Source of the DNA: Planctomycetota bacterium
Lineage (GTDB): Bacteria > Planctomycetota > UBA8108 > UBA1146
DNA length: 64,000 bases
Direction of reading: 5' to 3'
Assembly: GCA_036338595.1 (NCBI GenBank)
Contig: JAYZBV010000113.1
Coordinates: forward strand, 1-64,000
Shown here: positions 9,126-19,473 of the stretch, piece by piece
Numbering within the stretch: position 1 is the stretch's first letter
How the letters are laid out: each line of letters starts with the position of its first letter
Position numbers and translations under genes: made by a program
Notes under the pieces: model-generated
Database searches by the model: none
Told to the model about the DNA's origin: nothing
The model's input: only the letters and a program-made list of their open reading frames with translations

Positions 9126-11207
9126 GTGCCCGAACGTGCACGACGAGAGGATCAGCCGAAATCTTCGGCGAATCCTTCCGAACTTGTCATCCGTGATATG
9201 GCGGGGGAACGCCGTATCGCGATCGATGGGGAATCCCTCTCGATCGGGCGTTCTCGAGAGAATGACGTCGAGATCGGGGACATCTCATCATCTCGTAAGC
9301 ACTGTCAGATGACCAGGATTCAGGGGCGATGGCACATCGAGGACCTGCGTAGCCGCAACGGGACGCTGGTCAATGGCATCCTCATCCGGCGACAGCCACT
9401 GGTGCAGGGCGATCTGATCGAAATCGGCAAGACCCAGATCTTTTTCGGTGAGATTCCAGAGGTGCATCAGAGCCACTCACCCGCTGGGGAAACTCTGGTG
9501 TTGAGTACCGAGTATTTCCTCGAGCCGATCGTGGTCGAGGATCCTGCTGATGATCCGATCAGATTTCAGAAGGAAAGGGAGATCTTCCTGCGGCTGCTGG
9601 AATTGACGCGCGACCTCGGTGCGATCCTGGTCACGGAAGAACTCTTCGATGTCATCCTTCAGAATGTCATCGAAATTTCCGGTGCTGAGCGTGGGTTCTT
9701 GATCATCGAAGATGCGGGAGAGTTGCGGGTGGCTTCGTCGCGAAACATCGACAGGGATGTTGTGCGTCGAGCGCACCTTCAGGTCAGTCAATCACTGACT
9801 CGCCGGGTGATCGATTCGGGAGAACCCGTACTCACCGGGGACGCCAGGAGTGATCCTCGCTTCCATGAATCCGCTTCGATCGCCAATCTCAGACTCGAAT
9901 CGGTGTTGTGTGTACCTTTGCGCCTGCGCGGGAAGGTGCTGGGCTCCGTTTACGTTGATAATCGATTTGAGAAGCACTCCTTTCATAAGGGCACTCTTCG
10001 CTTTGTTCAGTTTCTTGCAGATCAGGCTTCCATCTACATCGAGAACGCTCGCCTCTTCGAGGAACTGCAGAGAAAACAGGGAGCGATCCAGGCCTCAAAG
10101 GACCAGGTTGAGGAATTGAATCGAGAATTGCAGGCGATGCTGATCTCACGAGACGTTGAGCCCGAGGAGGTCCGAGAACTACTCAAGCGAGGTGCTCGCC
10201 CGGACCTGAAGCACTCCTTTGACCGTATCGTTACCCGATCCCCGGGAATGTTGCGTGTTTTTGAGTTGCTCGATCGCGTGATCAACACCGATATGCCTGT
10301 GCTTGTACTCGGTGAAAGTGGAACCGGCAAGGAACTGGTAGCACAGGCGGTGCATGTGGGATCTGATCGCCAGGATCAACCCTTCGTCTCGCAAAACTGC
10401 GCTGCCATCCCCGAGAATTTGCTGGAGAGCGAATTCTTTGGCCATACCAAGGGAGCCTTCACCGGAGCTCACCGTGACAAGAAGGGGCTCTTCGAACTTG
10501 CCGATGGCGGAACTCTTTTCCTCGACGAGATCGGGGATATGAGCCCCGATCTGCAGGCCAAGCTTCTGCGTGTGCTCGAGGACGGTGAAATCCGACCAGT
10601 GGGCTCGAGAGATACCATGCGTGTCGATGTCAGGATCATCTCTGCCACCAACCAGATCCTGGATGAACTGGTGAGAACCGGGAAATTCCGGCAGGATCTC
10701 TACTACCGACTCAATGTTCTGACCGTCCAGTTGCCGGCACTTCGTGAACGTCGCGAGGACATTCCATTGCTGGTCGATCACTTCATCGACCAGGTTTGCT
10801 CCAGACAGGATCGACCCCGCCCCAAGATGGATCCCAGGACACTCTATGCCCTCTATCACAGCCCCTGGCCCGGCAATGTTCGACAACTTGAAAATGAGAT
10901 CGAGCGCCTTGTCGCTCTTTCGGAGGGTGTCATCCTTCCAGAAACGATCTCTCCTTCGGTTTTGGCTCACGGGCCAGGAGTAGGCTCTGGCGATGGCGAA
11001 CCGATGAGAGGCACATTGCGCGAACTCGTGGCGGAAGCCACCGAGGGTCTCGAGAGGCAGGTTCTCGATGCCACCCTGGAGGAAAATAGCTGGAACAAGA
11101 GCCAGACTGCCCGACAACTGGGAGTTTCCAGGCCAACGCTGGACCAGAAAATTGAGAAGTATGGACTCAAGAAGAACTCCGACGTCGATGGGGAGAAGCG
11201 TTCATGA
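9126..11207 (+). CDS. Sigma54-dependent enhancer-binding protein with N-terminal FHA and GAF domains
   Basis: FHA (IGRSRENDV..SSRKH..SRNGT), GAF, Walker A GESGTGKE, intact GAFTGA, LFLDEIG, WPGNVRQL, Fis-type HTH. Start chosen at GTG 9126; the ORF-track start at 8724 overlaps dacB. Confidence 0.92.
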   Translation: MPERARREDQPKSSANPSELVIRDMAGERRIAIDGESLSIGRSRENDVEIGDISSSRKHCQMTRIQGRWHIEDLRSRNGTLVNGILIRRQPLVQGDLIEIGKTQIFFGEIPEVHQSHSPAGETLVLSTEYFLEPIVVEDPADDPIRFQKEREIFLRLLELTRDLGAILVTEELFDVILQNVIEISGAERGFLIIEDAGELRVASSRNIDRDVVRRAHLQVSQSLTRRVIDSGEPVLTGDARSDPRFHESASIANLRLESVLCVPLRLRGKVLGSVYVDNRFEKHSFHKGTLRFVQFLADQASIYIENARLFEELQRKQGAIQASKDQVEELNRELQAMLISRDVEPEEVRELLKRGARPDLKHSFDRIVTRSPGMLRVFELLDRVINTDMPVLVLGESGTGKELVAQAVHVGSDRQDQPFVSQNCAAIPENLLESEFFGHTKGAFTGAHRDKKGLFELADGGTLFLDEIGDMSPDLQAKLLRVLEDGEIRPVGSRDTMRVDVRIISATNQILDELVRTGKFRQDLYYRLNVLTVQLPALRERREDIPLLVDHFIDQVCSRQDRPRPKMDPRTLYALYHSPWPGNVRQLENEIERLVALSEGVILPETISPSVLAHGPGVGSGDGEPMRGTLRELVAEATEGLERQVLDATLEENSWNKSQTARQLGVSRPTLDQKIEKYGLKKNSDVDGEKRS

Positions 11208-13720
11208 TGGGCAGGATTCGAGTCGAAGATTGTGGTCGTCAAACCCTTGTCGATGTTTCCCACGAACCGATCACCATCGGAAGGGATCCTGCATCCCGCA
11301 TCGTCATTGAAGACAGACTCGCCTCTCGCCAACATGGGAGGTTTTACTGGGATGAGGACACTCTCGTCTACGAGGATCTGTCCTCCTCGAATGGAAGCAT
11401 GCTCGATGGAGAAAAAGTCGACAAGGTGGTGATCTCGCACGGAGATAGCATCTGCATCGGAGAGGCGAGATTGACCATCGAGATGGCTGAGGTGGATGGT
11501 CATCCAGAAGACACGACCCAGATTCCCGTAGCAGAGACCAGCGATGCCATCACGGATATTGAGCCGACGGGACCACGTCTGTGCTTTGTTTGCGATGGGA
11601 AGAAACGATGGATCGCCGCCAGCGGCACCATGGTCCTGGGGCGCGGGCAAGATGCCGATGCCATCATCGAAGATTCGAGAATCTCCGGGAAGCACGCAAC
11701 TCTGACGCAACAAGGTGATCGCTGGTTCATGGTGGACCTCGGGTCGGGCAACGGGGTCGTGGTCGAGAATCAAAAGGTGGCGAAACTCGCCCTTCATGAT
11801 GGAGTTGTGTTTCGCCTCGGAACGGTCGAGTTCGAGGCCATCGAATTCGGTGATGCGGTTTCCACTCCTGCAGCGGAATCAACACCGACCAGGGCAAGAA
11901 AGACCCCTGCAGCGGCCACTTCGGTCGGCCTTGCTGTCGGCAGAAGCACTCGCGTGGATGTGGGCTCTCAGGGGTCACAAGGACTCTTCACCGTGGCCTT
12001 CATCGTGCTGCTTGGCGTGGTTCTGTATTCAGGCTACGGGTTGTTGCAGGATCTGGCGACCAACCCGGACCTGGCGGTTTCCGAAGGGGATCGACTGTCA
12101 GGCGCAGGTAACTTCGAACTGGACCCCGTCGGCCCGATGACCGCTGGTCATTGGGTCCTGGCCAGCAGCGAGGACTCTCTCGAGATTCTCACCGGCGACA
12201 CTGCGCCGCAAGGGCAGCAGTGGCTTCAAGCTCGAGGAGCGGTCAACCGGGCGGGTGTCTTCCGGGTCGAGTTCTCCCAGTTGCTCGAGGTGGGGCAAGC
12301 ACAGGGGCTTCGTATCACCGCCCGCCTCAAGAAATCTGGATTTGACAGGGTCGGGATCTGCGTGCGCTGGATCGATCCTCGTGCCGATGGCGACCTGGTC
12401 ATCTCGGAAGATTTCTCATCTCTGAAAGAAGCCTCTCACTGGAGTGGCCATGCCGCAGAATTCACACCCCCGGTTGCTGGCAAGGGAGGCTCCGCCAGGG
12501 TTTCACTGGTGGCACTGGGAAACGGCAGCGGTCAGTTGTCGGCTGATCAGGTTGTGGTTCGTGGAGTTGAACTGTCCAGGCCTTCCCCTGCAACGATCAC
12601 TGCAGGTGAGGCGGAACAAAAGATAGAGTTCGCCATCGACGAGACCGGGGTCGGCAAGTTGATCCGGGGACGGGGTGAGTTGATCTCCGATCTGCGAATC
12701 GCAATTGGCCCTCCTCGTACGATGCCTTGGGGGCAATTGCTCCCGACACGGAAGGAGCAGATCGTCATCGGGGATGATGGATCGCTCAGGCTTGGCTTCG
12801 AGCTTCAGGAAGAGGGTGAACAGGTCGTCATCCAGCAATTCGCGAGACCGATCGGATGGAGAATCGCAGCGAGTTGGGCTCCGCAACGCCCCGTTCCTCT
12901 GTTACTCATCGGAAGAGTTTCTTCGCGTCGGCTCGATGCCCAGGTGCAGGTCTTCAGCGGCGACAAATCAGGTACAAGCAGTGAGCGCCTTGCCGATCTC
13001 CTGCCCTGTGTGGGAACGGAGATTTCCGTCGGCAAAGGCAGTGACCAGCTGGTGATCTCATTTCGAAAGCAGGTCCAATTCTCGCTCGTCCCGGAAGTGT
13101 CTGGACGTGGTGCGTTGCTGATTGCGGATGCCGGCATTGTTGTTCCCGGAGAATCCGTCGATATTTCAGTTTCAGCCAGTAGCGAACGCGAGCAGGCACG
13201 CGTGATGGCAGCGATCGCTGATGTGAATTCGTCCCTTGAAGCCAGAAACGAGGGCCAGGCCTTCAGATTGGTTCAGGAGGCGAGGGCTGCATTTCCATGG
13301 CGAGCGGACCTGGGACGCAAATTGGACCTCGTCGAGCAACGAATCCAACTCGAGATGGATACTGCGATGGCTCAGATCGACGCAGTGCTGGACGATTCCA
13401 GCCGTTACCCCGGTTCTCCGACCGATGAGTATCTGGAGCGAATCTGTCGCGAAGCCCTGGTGAGATTCGTCGGACTGGATCCTGCAATTCGATCGCAACA
13501 AATTCTGACCTCTCGCGATCAAGTGGCCACAGATGAACAGCAACTGCTAGCCGAGGGCCGGATTGATTTGCTGCTGGCCCGTGGTCGCGAGGCACTGGGG
13601 AAAGATCGTTTCGAGATTGCCAGATTCTACTTCCAGTGGGTTGTCGATCATCATCCACAGACTCCAGGAGCTGGGCAAGCCCAGCAGGAGCTGAAACTCA
13701 TCGAGGCGAGGGGGAACTGA
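11204..13720 (+). CDS. Double-FHA, single-TM membrane protein with extracytoplasmic beta-sandwich and TPR-like tail
   Basis: FHA1 IGRDPASRI..ASRQH..SSNG; FHA2 LGRGQDAD..ISGKH..SGNG; TM FTVAFIVLLGVVLYSGYGLL; C-terminal ARFYFQWVVDHHPQTPGAGQAQQEL. Confidence 0.8.
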   Translation: MMGRIRVEDCGRQTLVDVSHEPITIGRDPASRIVIEDRLASRQHGRFYWDEDTLVYEDLSSSNGSMLDGEKVDKVVISHGDSICIGEARLTIEMAEVDGHPEDTTQIPVAETSDAITDIEPTGPRLCFVCDGKKRWIAASGTMVLGRGQDADAIIEDSRISGKHATLTQQGDRWFMVDLGSGNGVVVENQKVAKLALHDGVVFRLGTVEFEAIEFGDAVSTPAAESTPTRARKTPAAATSVGLAVGRSTRVDVGSQGSQGLFTVAFIVLLGVVLYSGYGLLQDLATNPDLAVSEGDRLSGAGNFELDPVGPMTAGHWVLASSEDSLEILTGDTAPQGQQWLQARGAVNRAGVFRVEFSQLLEVGQAQGLRITARLKKSGFDRVGICVRWIDPRADGDLVISEDFSSLKEASHWSGHAAEFTPPVAGKGGSARVSLVALGNGSGQLSADQVVVRGVELSRPSPATITAGEAEQKIEFAIDETGVGKLIRGRGELISDLRIAIGPPRTMPWGQLLPTRKEQIVIGDDGSLRLGFELQEEGEQVVIQQFARPIGWRIAASWAPQRPVPLLLIGRVSSRRLDAQVQVFSGDKSGTSSERLADLLPCVGTEISVGKGSDQLVISFRKQVQFSLVPEVSGRGALLIADAGIVVPGESVDISVSASSEREQARVMAAIADVNSSLEARNEGQAFRLVQEARAAFPWRADLGRKLDLVEQRIQLEMDTAMAQIDAVLDDSSRYPGSPTDEYLERICREALVRFVGLDPAIRSQQILTSRDQVATDEQQLLAEGRIDLLLARGREALGKDRFEIARFYFQWVVDHHPQTPGAGQAQQELKLIEARGN

Positions 13721-15336
13721 TGTCCTACAGGGGACAGGCCACGGTTATCGAGTTGAGACCGGATCTCTGGCGTGCAGCCCATGTACGCGGTGAGGGCCAT
13801 TCCGTCGAGGTGGTTGCAGTGGAAGAGTCGACGCCCGCAGAAGACGAAGCTCTATCGGGATGGATCAAGGAGCTTGCAGTCGCAGGTTTCCCCGTGAACA
13901 ATTCCGTGCTTCTGCTCGATGGCGAGAACTCCTCACTTCGCTACCACAGTGTCCCCCCCGTTCCCTCATGGAGACTGGAGTTGATCCTCCATTACGAGAT
14001 CGAGGAGATCGCTGAAAAAAATGGGGAAGCACTCTCTGGCGGTCACATGGAATTACAGGTTCCAGAGAGTCTGTCCGAGGACACGCTGTTACTGCTCGGG
14101 GTCGGGAAGGATGGCGAGATCCAGCCTGTCATCGATCAAATTCGAGACGGCAAGGGGCAGGTGCGAATGGCGATCCCTGCCGCGATCGGTACCTTTCAGG
14201 CGCATCTGACAACTGGACTGTACGCTGACGGTGAAACGGTCGTGCTCTGTGATGTGCAGGAGACAGAAACCCAGGTTCTGGTGGTCAGAGACGACCGGTT
14301 GCTCTTTGCTCGCAGTGTCCGGTTCGGTCTGCAAGAGATGGTCAATCTGGTTGAGGAGCGCTGCTCCGTCACTCCATCGCAGGCGAGAAGGATGGTCGAC
14401 ACCTTTGCTTCCGGAGATCTGGTATCTGCTGAGGAAGCCGTCCTGGGCTGTCATCGGGGGTGGATCAGCCAGCTGGCTCAGATGCTTCAGTCTTCCCTCA
14501 CCTTCTGTCAGGCACAATTGAAGCTGGAGGATATGACCGCAGACATCGTGCGCCTGTCAGGTGTGGCCACCGACGTGCTTCTCCAGGGAGGTGAACTTCA
14601 ACGCACTCTCGATTGCGATCTAGATGTGATCGCTTTCTCAGATTCTCCCGGTCCGGAGTGGACACTTGCTGTGGGAGCTGGGGCTGCTGCCATCGATGCA
14701 GAGGAACGAGTCGTCGATTTGCTTCCGGCTGCGGAGAGAAAGCGCAGGACCTTCAGGGATCATACACGGTTTCTGTGGGCCGGGGCTGCGGCGCTGGTAT
14801 TGGCGCTGTGTGTCCAGTTCCTCGATGTTTCGCTCGCATCGGGACGGGCCAATGAAGCGTCAGAGACGATTCACAGCTGGCGCGACGATATCTCGTCCTG
14901 GAGGGCAGCTGAAAATCAGGCTCGAGAACAGAACGACGTCTTTCGCAAGCGTGAATCCCGAATCATCCAGGAAATCGAGACGGGGCGCTTTTACGCGCGG
15001 ATCCTGGACCGCCTCAGAGAGGATCTTCCAGGTGAAATCTCCCTGGATCAGATCAGTCTCAGGAGGGTTGCAGGGCAATCCGGCATCGGCATCGAGGTGG
15101 AGTTGAGTGGACTCGCAGATGATTCGCGCCGAAAAGGACTGGAAGCGATCCAGGGATTTCAGCGAGTGCTCGAGACGATCCCGGGAGTGGAGCGGGTTCG
15201 AGTGACACCAGAAGACCCGAAGTCTGGCTCGTACCCCTTCAACATCCTGGTTTCCCCGGTCGATGCCATGCCCGCGCAATCTGGACGTGGTGGCCAGAGG
15301 CGAAGAGTGAAGTCGCCGTTTGGAGGCAGAGGATGA
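13720..15336 (+). CDS. PilM/PilN (GspL)-like fused alignment protein
   Basis: Actin-like PilM features (YEIEE, LCDVQETETQVLVVRDDRLLFARSVRFG, RLSG), then VDLLP + TM + coiled coil + LPGEISLDQI/LSG PilN-like region; TGATG coupling. Confidence 0.72.
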   Translation: MSYRGQATVIELRPDLWRAAHVRGEGHSVEVVAVEESTPAEDEALSGWIKELAVAGFPVNNSVLLLDGENSSLRYHSVPPVPSWRLELILHYEIEEIAEKNGEALSGGHMELQVPESLSEDTLLLLGVGKDGEIQPVIDQIRDGKGQVRMAIPAAIGTFQAHLTTGLYADGETVVLCDVQETETQVLVVRDDRLLFARSVRFGLQEMVNLVEERCSVTPSQARRMVDTFASGDLVSAEEAVLGCHRGWISQLAQMLQSSLTFCQAQLKLEDMTADIVRLSGVATDVLLQGGELQRTLDCDLDVIAFSDSPGPEWTLAVGAGAAAIDAEERVVDLLPAAERKRRTFRDHTRFLWAGAAALVLALCVQFLDVSLASGRANEASETIHSWRDDISSWRAAENQAREQNDVFRKRESRIIQEIETGRFYARILDRLREDLPGEISLDQISLRRVAGQSGIGIEVELSGLADDSRRKGLEAIQGFQRVLETIPGVERVRVTPEDPKSGSYPFNILVSPVDAMPAQSGRGGQRRRVKSPFGGRG

Positions 15337-16139
15337 TTCAGGAGATATGGCAGAGTAATCGCAAGGTACTGATTCAGGCGTTGTCTGCGCTGGCGATCTT
15401 TCTGGTCGCTTCCAACCTGGCGCGAGGTTACCGCTCGGAACATGAAAAGTTTCTGCTTCTGTACGAGGAAGACGCTCAGGTCGTGGCGCAGGATCTGGAT
15501 GAACTCGACGGGATCGTCGATGTGGAGAGAAAGTCCCGATCGGCCCTGGAAGAACGAAATCAGGATCTGCTGAGAAAATTGGGGATCTCCTATTCAGCGA
15601 CTCATCACCCGACAACGGATGAGGCTTCGGTGAGTACCGATTTCAAGCGTGCCAAGGATCTGGTCTGGAACGGATTTCGCGAGAGTGCAAACCGCGAAGG
15701 CATGGTGACGCCAGCAGAGATTCCCAACTTTGATGAGCGGGGTGACCTGACGCTGGAACAATGGGCCGATCGCTATCGGTTACTCGAGGTGATGGATCGA
15801 TTCGTGAAGGTTTGTCTGCAAGGTGGAATTTCTCGAATCGACCAGGTGGTCCCGGGATCCAGGATTCAGGAGCCACTCGATGACGAGAAAAAGGTGCTCG
15901 CTCGCTATCCGCTCAATGTCAAGATGCTCTGTTCCCCTGCACAGTTGTCAGAAATGCTGGTCAGATTTCAACGAGATGGCGGATTCCTGTCACTGGAACC
16001 CACCAGAGTGGTGCCTGAAATCAATGGCGGCACCCTGCTCGAGGTTGATCTGGTGGTTGTCGGGATCGACATGGAGGATCCGAGGGAAGAGAGCACTCCG
16101 AATCGAAGAGGGCCCGGTCGAACGAGGGGGGGATTCTGA
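15333..16139 (+). CDS. PilO/GspM-like membrane protein
   Basis: N-terminal TM, coiled coil, C-terminal RYPLNVKMLCSPAQLSEML ferredoxin-like pattern; follows the PilMN-like gene. Confidence 0.55.
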   Translation: MIQEIWQSNRKVLIQALSALAIFLVASNLARGYRSEHEKFLLLYEEDAQVVAQDLDELDGIVDVERKSRSALEERNQDLLRKLGISYSATHHPTTDEASVSTDFKRAKDLVWNGFRESANREGMVTPAEIPNFDERGDLTLEQWADRYRLLEVMDRFVKVCLQGGISRIDQVVPGSRIQEPLDDEKKVLARYPLNVKMLCSPAQLSEMLVRFQRDGGFLSLEPTRVVPEINGGTLLEVDLVVVGIDMEDPREESTPNRRGPGRTRGGF

Positions 16140-16525
16140 TGCGCTGGAATGTCGAAAAGGGTTTCTTCGTCATCTGCATGGGAATGTTGTTGCTGAGCTT
16201 TCTGGCGCTGGCTCAGACATTCATCCTTGGCGATCCTCTCTCCGGAGTGGACCTTCGCACACCAGGATCGAGCGACGGAGGAGCCGTGGGTGGGTTGGTC
16301 CGGCTGGAATGGTACGAGCCGATTCCCATCGAAGTTGCCAGAAATCCATTCGAGACGGTCAGTGAGTGGAAACCTGCCCCTGTCGATCTGCTCGGAGTAC
16401 CCCCCGTTGGCGATCTGCCGCGTCGGGTTCCGCTCCCGGTGCTGGTCTCGAGTGATCCCAGAACCCGGCTTCGTGCTGAACTGGAACCTCCCCAGTCACA
16501 AGATGATGAGGAGGAATCCCAGTGA
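16139..16525 (+). CDS. Small Pro-rich membrane protein (PilP/GspC positional analogue)
   Basis: N-terminal TM, RNPF motif (as in the PilP-like R[DN]PF), coupled on both sides. Confidence 0.45.
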   Translation: MRWNVEKGFFVICMGMLLLSFLALAQTFILGDPLSGVDLRTPGSSDGGAVGGLVRLEWYEPIPIEVARNPFETVSEWKPAPVDLLGVPPVGDLPRRVPLPVLVSSDPRTRLRAELEPPQSQDDEEESQ

Positions 16526-18846
16526 AGATGCGATCGATATTCCTCTGCGCGCTGTTGTCCCTGGCGAGTACAGGCCTGGTGATGTTGGAGGGGCAAGATG
16601 GGGATGATCTACAGATCCGCGCCCTCGACCAGATTGTATTGACCAATGGCAATCGCTTCGAGGGCAGAATCCTGGCCGAGTTGAACGACTTGATCCAGTT
16701 CGAGACGGAGGCGGGGAAGGTCACATTTCCGAGAACGGATGTGAAACAGATCCTCTACAGGAACCCCCCGGAAAAGGTGTACGAGACGCGACTCCGGCGC
16801 GGGTTTGACGAGTCTTCCTTTGACAGCCAGTTCGAGATCGGACGCTGGTGCTGTGATCCTGGCGTTGGATTGATCGGGAATGCGATCCAGCACCTCGAGG
16901 CTGCAGTGAAGATCGACCCGTCACGAAGAGAGTCTTACCTGGTTCTGCTGCCACTCTATCAGGTGAATACGACCCTCGATGATCCTGCCCCCCGGATGCT
17001 AGAGGTGTCCCAGTGTCAGACCTTACTCGCCGCAGTACGTGCACGGGTAGACATCGATGGCATCGATGAGCTGGCAGTCTCCTCGCTGATCAGAATCGGT
17101 GAACTGGAAGCCGCTGTCTTGTTGCTGACGCAACTGACCGATGGCCCCGTGACCGATCCTGACGTGGCTACCGGCCTCAGGAAACTGGTGGTACTCCTCG
17201 ATTCGATGGGCCGGAGTGAGGAATCTCGCAGTGCCGCGATGAGATTGCGCAGTGGTGGCGGTGGCAGTGATGCAGAAGTATTGCAACGCGAAATCCGCTG
17301 GGCAGTTCTCGATTATGCGGCAGGCGTTCTCGACTCTCGCGATTCGATCGAGCAGATGGTGGAGGACCTGATTGCCGGCGGGACCATCTCAGGAGAAGCC
17401 TATCTCTACCGCGGAACTGCGCGACTTCTCGACGGGGATCTCACCGACGCCGAAACCGACTTCAAGAAAGCATTTCGAGCGGGCAGTGTCGATGCGGTCG
17501 CTGCGACGACATTCGCCCTTTCATTCGCTCGCCAGGGCCATTTCGAAAAGGCGCTGGATCTGCTCGCCTCTGCATCGGCAGGCACGCAGGTCGAGGTGGA
17601 TTGGCGACTGGTGGAGGCTTATGTGCTCGAATCTCAGGGTGAAACCGAAGCCGCACTGGAGCTGTATCAGGAAGCGAGCCTTCAAGATGAGGTGCCCTGG
17701 CAGGCCAGATTGCTCAGTATCGAGGCGAAGCGAAGGGCCGAGAGCCAGTGGGATCCCACCGGAGATGTTCAGAAGGTGCTCCGCGCCGAACTGCTGACTC
17801 CTGCTGCCTTCGCCGAGTGTTCACTGGTGCTGGGAGATCATGCGTTGACGCGGGGTAGGCACGCAGAAGCGAGGCGATGGCTCGAATACTGCATCGCCAG
17901 CGGGTTGGACGGTCCGGATGTGATGCTGCGACTGGCACTGGCGCAGCGGGGGCCTGGAGGCGATCCCGTGCGAGCGCGAGAGGCGCTGGAACGAGTCACG
18001 AGCGAGCAGCCCAAGAGCCCGGATGGCTGGAATGTACTGGCGGAACTGCTCCATTCCAGTGGCGATCTTGAAGCGGCCAGATCCGCCCTCCAACAGACAC
18101 TCTTACTTTATCCCGAGAAGATTAGAGAGTCCTGGGATCCAGAGGCCCCCGCTCCATTGCGCTGGGCGATGAGGGCCTTGCGAAGAATCGATCGGGCGAT
18201 GGATGAAGAGTACTGGTTCGATGATTTTGAGCGAGAGGCAGATTCCTCCCTTCAGAACAACTGGCGTGAAGAGGAAGCCTACGGGATCTCGGTCTCCATT
18301 CGCGATGGGTCTGCCTTGCTCGATGGTATTCAGAAGCATCAACCGGATCGTCTCACCACGATGAAGAGAGAAATATTGACTCCTCGCCTGACGGGACTTC
18401 GGTCGACAATACGCCTACTTGCTGGTGGACCGGGAACAAGGGTTGCCTTCCGGGTCGAGGACCAATCTGGCGGTGGAGTCGTGTATTTCCGTGACCCCGA
18501 TGGGACGCTTGGCTTTGCCGTTCTCGGTGGCAAAGACCTGGAGATGGTGCGAAGCGATGATCCCGAGATGGCAGAGGAGTACGACCTCATCGCATCCGTA
18601 TGGCCAGATGACGACCGTGCGCATCAGATGGAAATCGTTTTCTCCAGCGATGGGAAAGAAGGGGCTGAGTTGTGGTTCGACGGCGTTCGTGTGGCGCGAG
18701 GCATCTCATACCGACCCGCCCGAAAGTCTGGCCTGACGGCTGGGTTTTCTGGCCAGGCACCTCTCGGAGAGGGTTACAAGCTGGCGATAGAGGAGTTCGA
18801 GGTATTTCGCCGCAAGGCGAAGGTGGTGCGTGAAAGAGAGTTCTAG
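16522..18846 (+). CDS. Secreted TPR-repeat protein with C-terminal beta-sandwich
   Basis: Signal peptide; DQIVLTNGNRFEGRI N-terminal module; multiple TPR-like helices (EAYLYRGTARLLDGDLTDAETDFKKA; DGWNVLAELLHSSGDLEAARSALQQ). Confidence 0.72.
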   Translation: MKMRSIFLCALLSLASTGLVMLEGQDGDDLQIRALDQIVLTNGNRFEGRILAELNDLIQFETEAGKVTFPRTDVKQILYRNPPEKVYETRLRRGFDESSFDSQFEIGRWCCDPGVGLIGNAIQHLEAAVKIDPSRRESYLVLLPLYQVNTTLDDPAPRMLEVSQCQTLLAAVRARVDIDGIDELAVSSLIRIGELEAAVLLLTQLTDGPVTDPDVATGLRKLVVLLDSMGRSEESRSAAMRLRSGGGGSDAEVLQREIRWAVLDYAAGVLDSRDSIEQMVEDLIAGGTISGEAYLYRGTARLLDGDLTDAETDFKKAFRAGSVDAVAATTFALSFARQGHFEKALDLLASASAGTQVEVDWRLVEAYVLESQGETEAALELYQEASLQDEVPWQARLLSIEAKRRAESQWDPTGDVQKVLRAELLTPAAFAECSLVLGDHALTRGRHAEARRWLEYCIASGLDGPDVMLRLALAQRGPGGDPVRAREALERVTSEQPKSPDGWNVLAELLHSSGDLEAARSALQQTLLLYPEKIRESWDPEAPAPLRWAMRALRRIDRAMDEEYWFDDFEREADSSLQNNWREEEAYGISVSIRDGSALLDGIQKHQPDRLTTMKREILTPRLTGLRSTIRLLAGGPGTRVAFRVEDQSGGGVVYFRDPDGTLGFAVLGGKDLEMVRSDDPEMAEEYDLIASVWPDDDRAHQMEIVFSSDGKEGAELWFDGVRVARGISYRPARKSGLTAGFSGQAPLGEGYKLAIEEFEVFRRKAKVVREREF

Positions 18847-19473
18847 ATGAGATCCTCCCGCGAATCAGGATTTACCCTGGTCGAACTGCTGGTAGTCATC
18901 GCGATCATCGGGGTACTGGCAGGATTAGGGACAAGGATGCTCGGCTATGCGACGAAGAAAAGTTCCATCGGGCTGGCAGAACAAGAGATCCAGAGACTCA
19001 TCCTGGGAGTCGAGACCTATCAGCTCGATTTCGGAGATTTTCCTCCCACATCGATGGAGGAAGAGTACGAGATTTCCGGCAACGGTCTCGACGAGGGCAT
19101 CGAGAGCCTGGTCGCGCACCTGGCCAGTAGATCTCGAGGCCGCAGTTACTTCGAATTCAAGGAGCAGTACCTGGAGAATCTGGATGGCGACAGACTGACC
19201 GATGCCAACCTGGTCGAGCAGATGCGCTGGGTCTTTGGAGATGACCAGTTGCGAGAGTATGTCGACCCCTGGGGGGTTCCGTATGCCTACATCCACAACA
19301 GGGACTACGGTCGTGAATACTCGGTCACCCAGGAAACCGGTCCACACCGCATCTCGGCAGGGACATCGCTGAAGACAGCCACATATCACGATCCATTGCG
19401 CTTTCAAATCTGGTCCGCCGGGCCCGATGGGCTGCACCAGGCGGGCGCCGGAGATGATGTCACACCATGGTGA
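18847..19473 (+). CDS. Major pseudopilin-like prepilin (GspG-like)
   Basis: RESG|FTLVELLVVIAIIGVLAG N-methylation motif; Y..DFGDFPP, DPWG.PY.Y, IWSAGPDG GspG-type C-terminal motifs. Confidence 0.9.
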   Translation: MRSSRESGFTLVELLVVIAIIGVLAGLGTRMLGYATKKSSIGLAEQEIQRLILGVETYQLDFGDFPPTSMEEEYEISGNGLDEGIESLVAHLASRSRGRSYFEFKEQYLENLDGDRLTDANLVEQMRWVFGDDQLREYVDPWGVPYAYIHNRDYGREYSVTQETGPHRISAGTSLKTATYHDPLRFQIWSAGPDGLHQAGAGDDVTPW

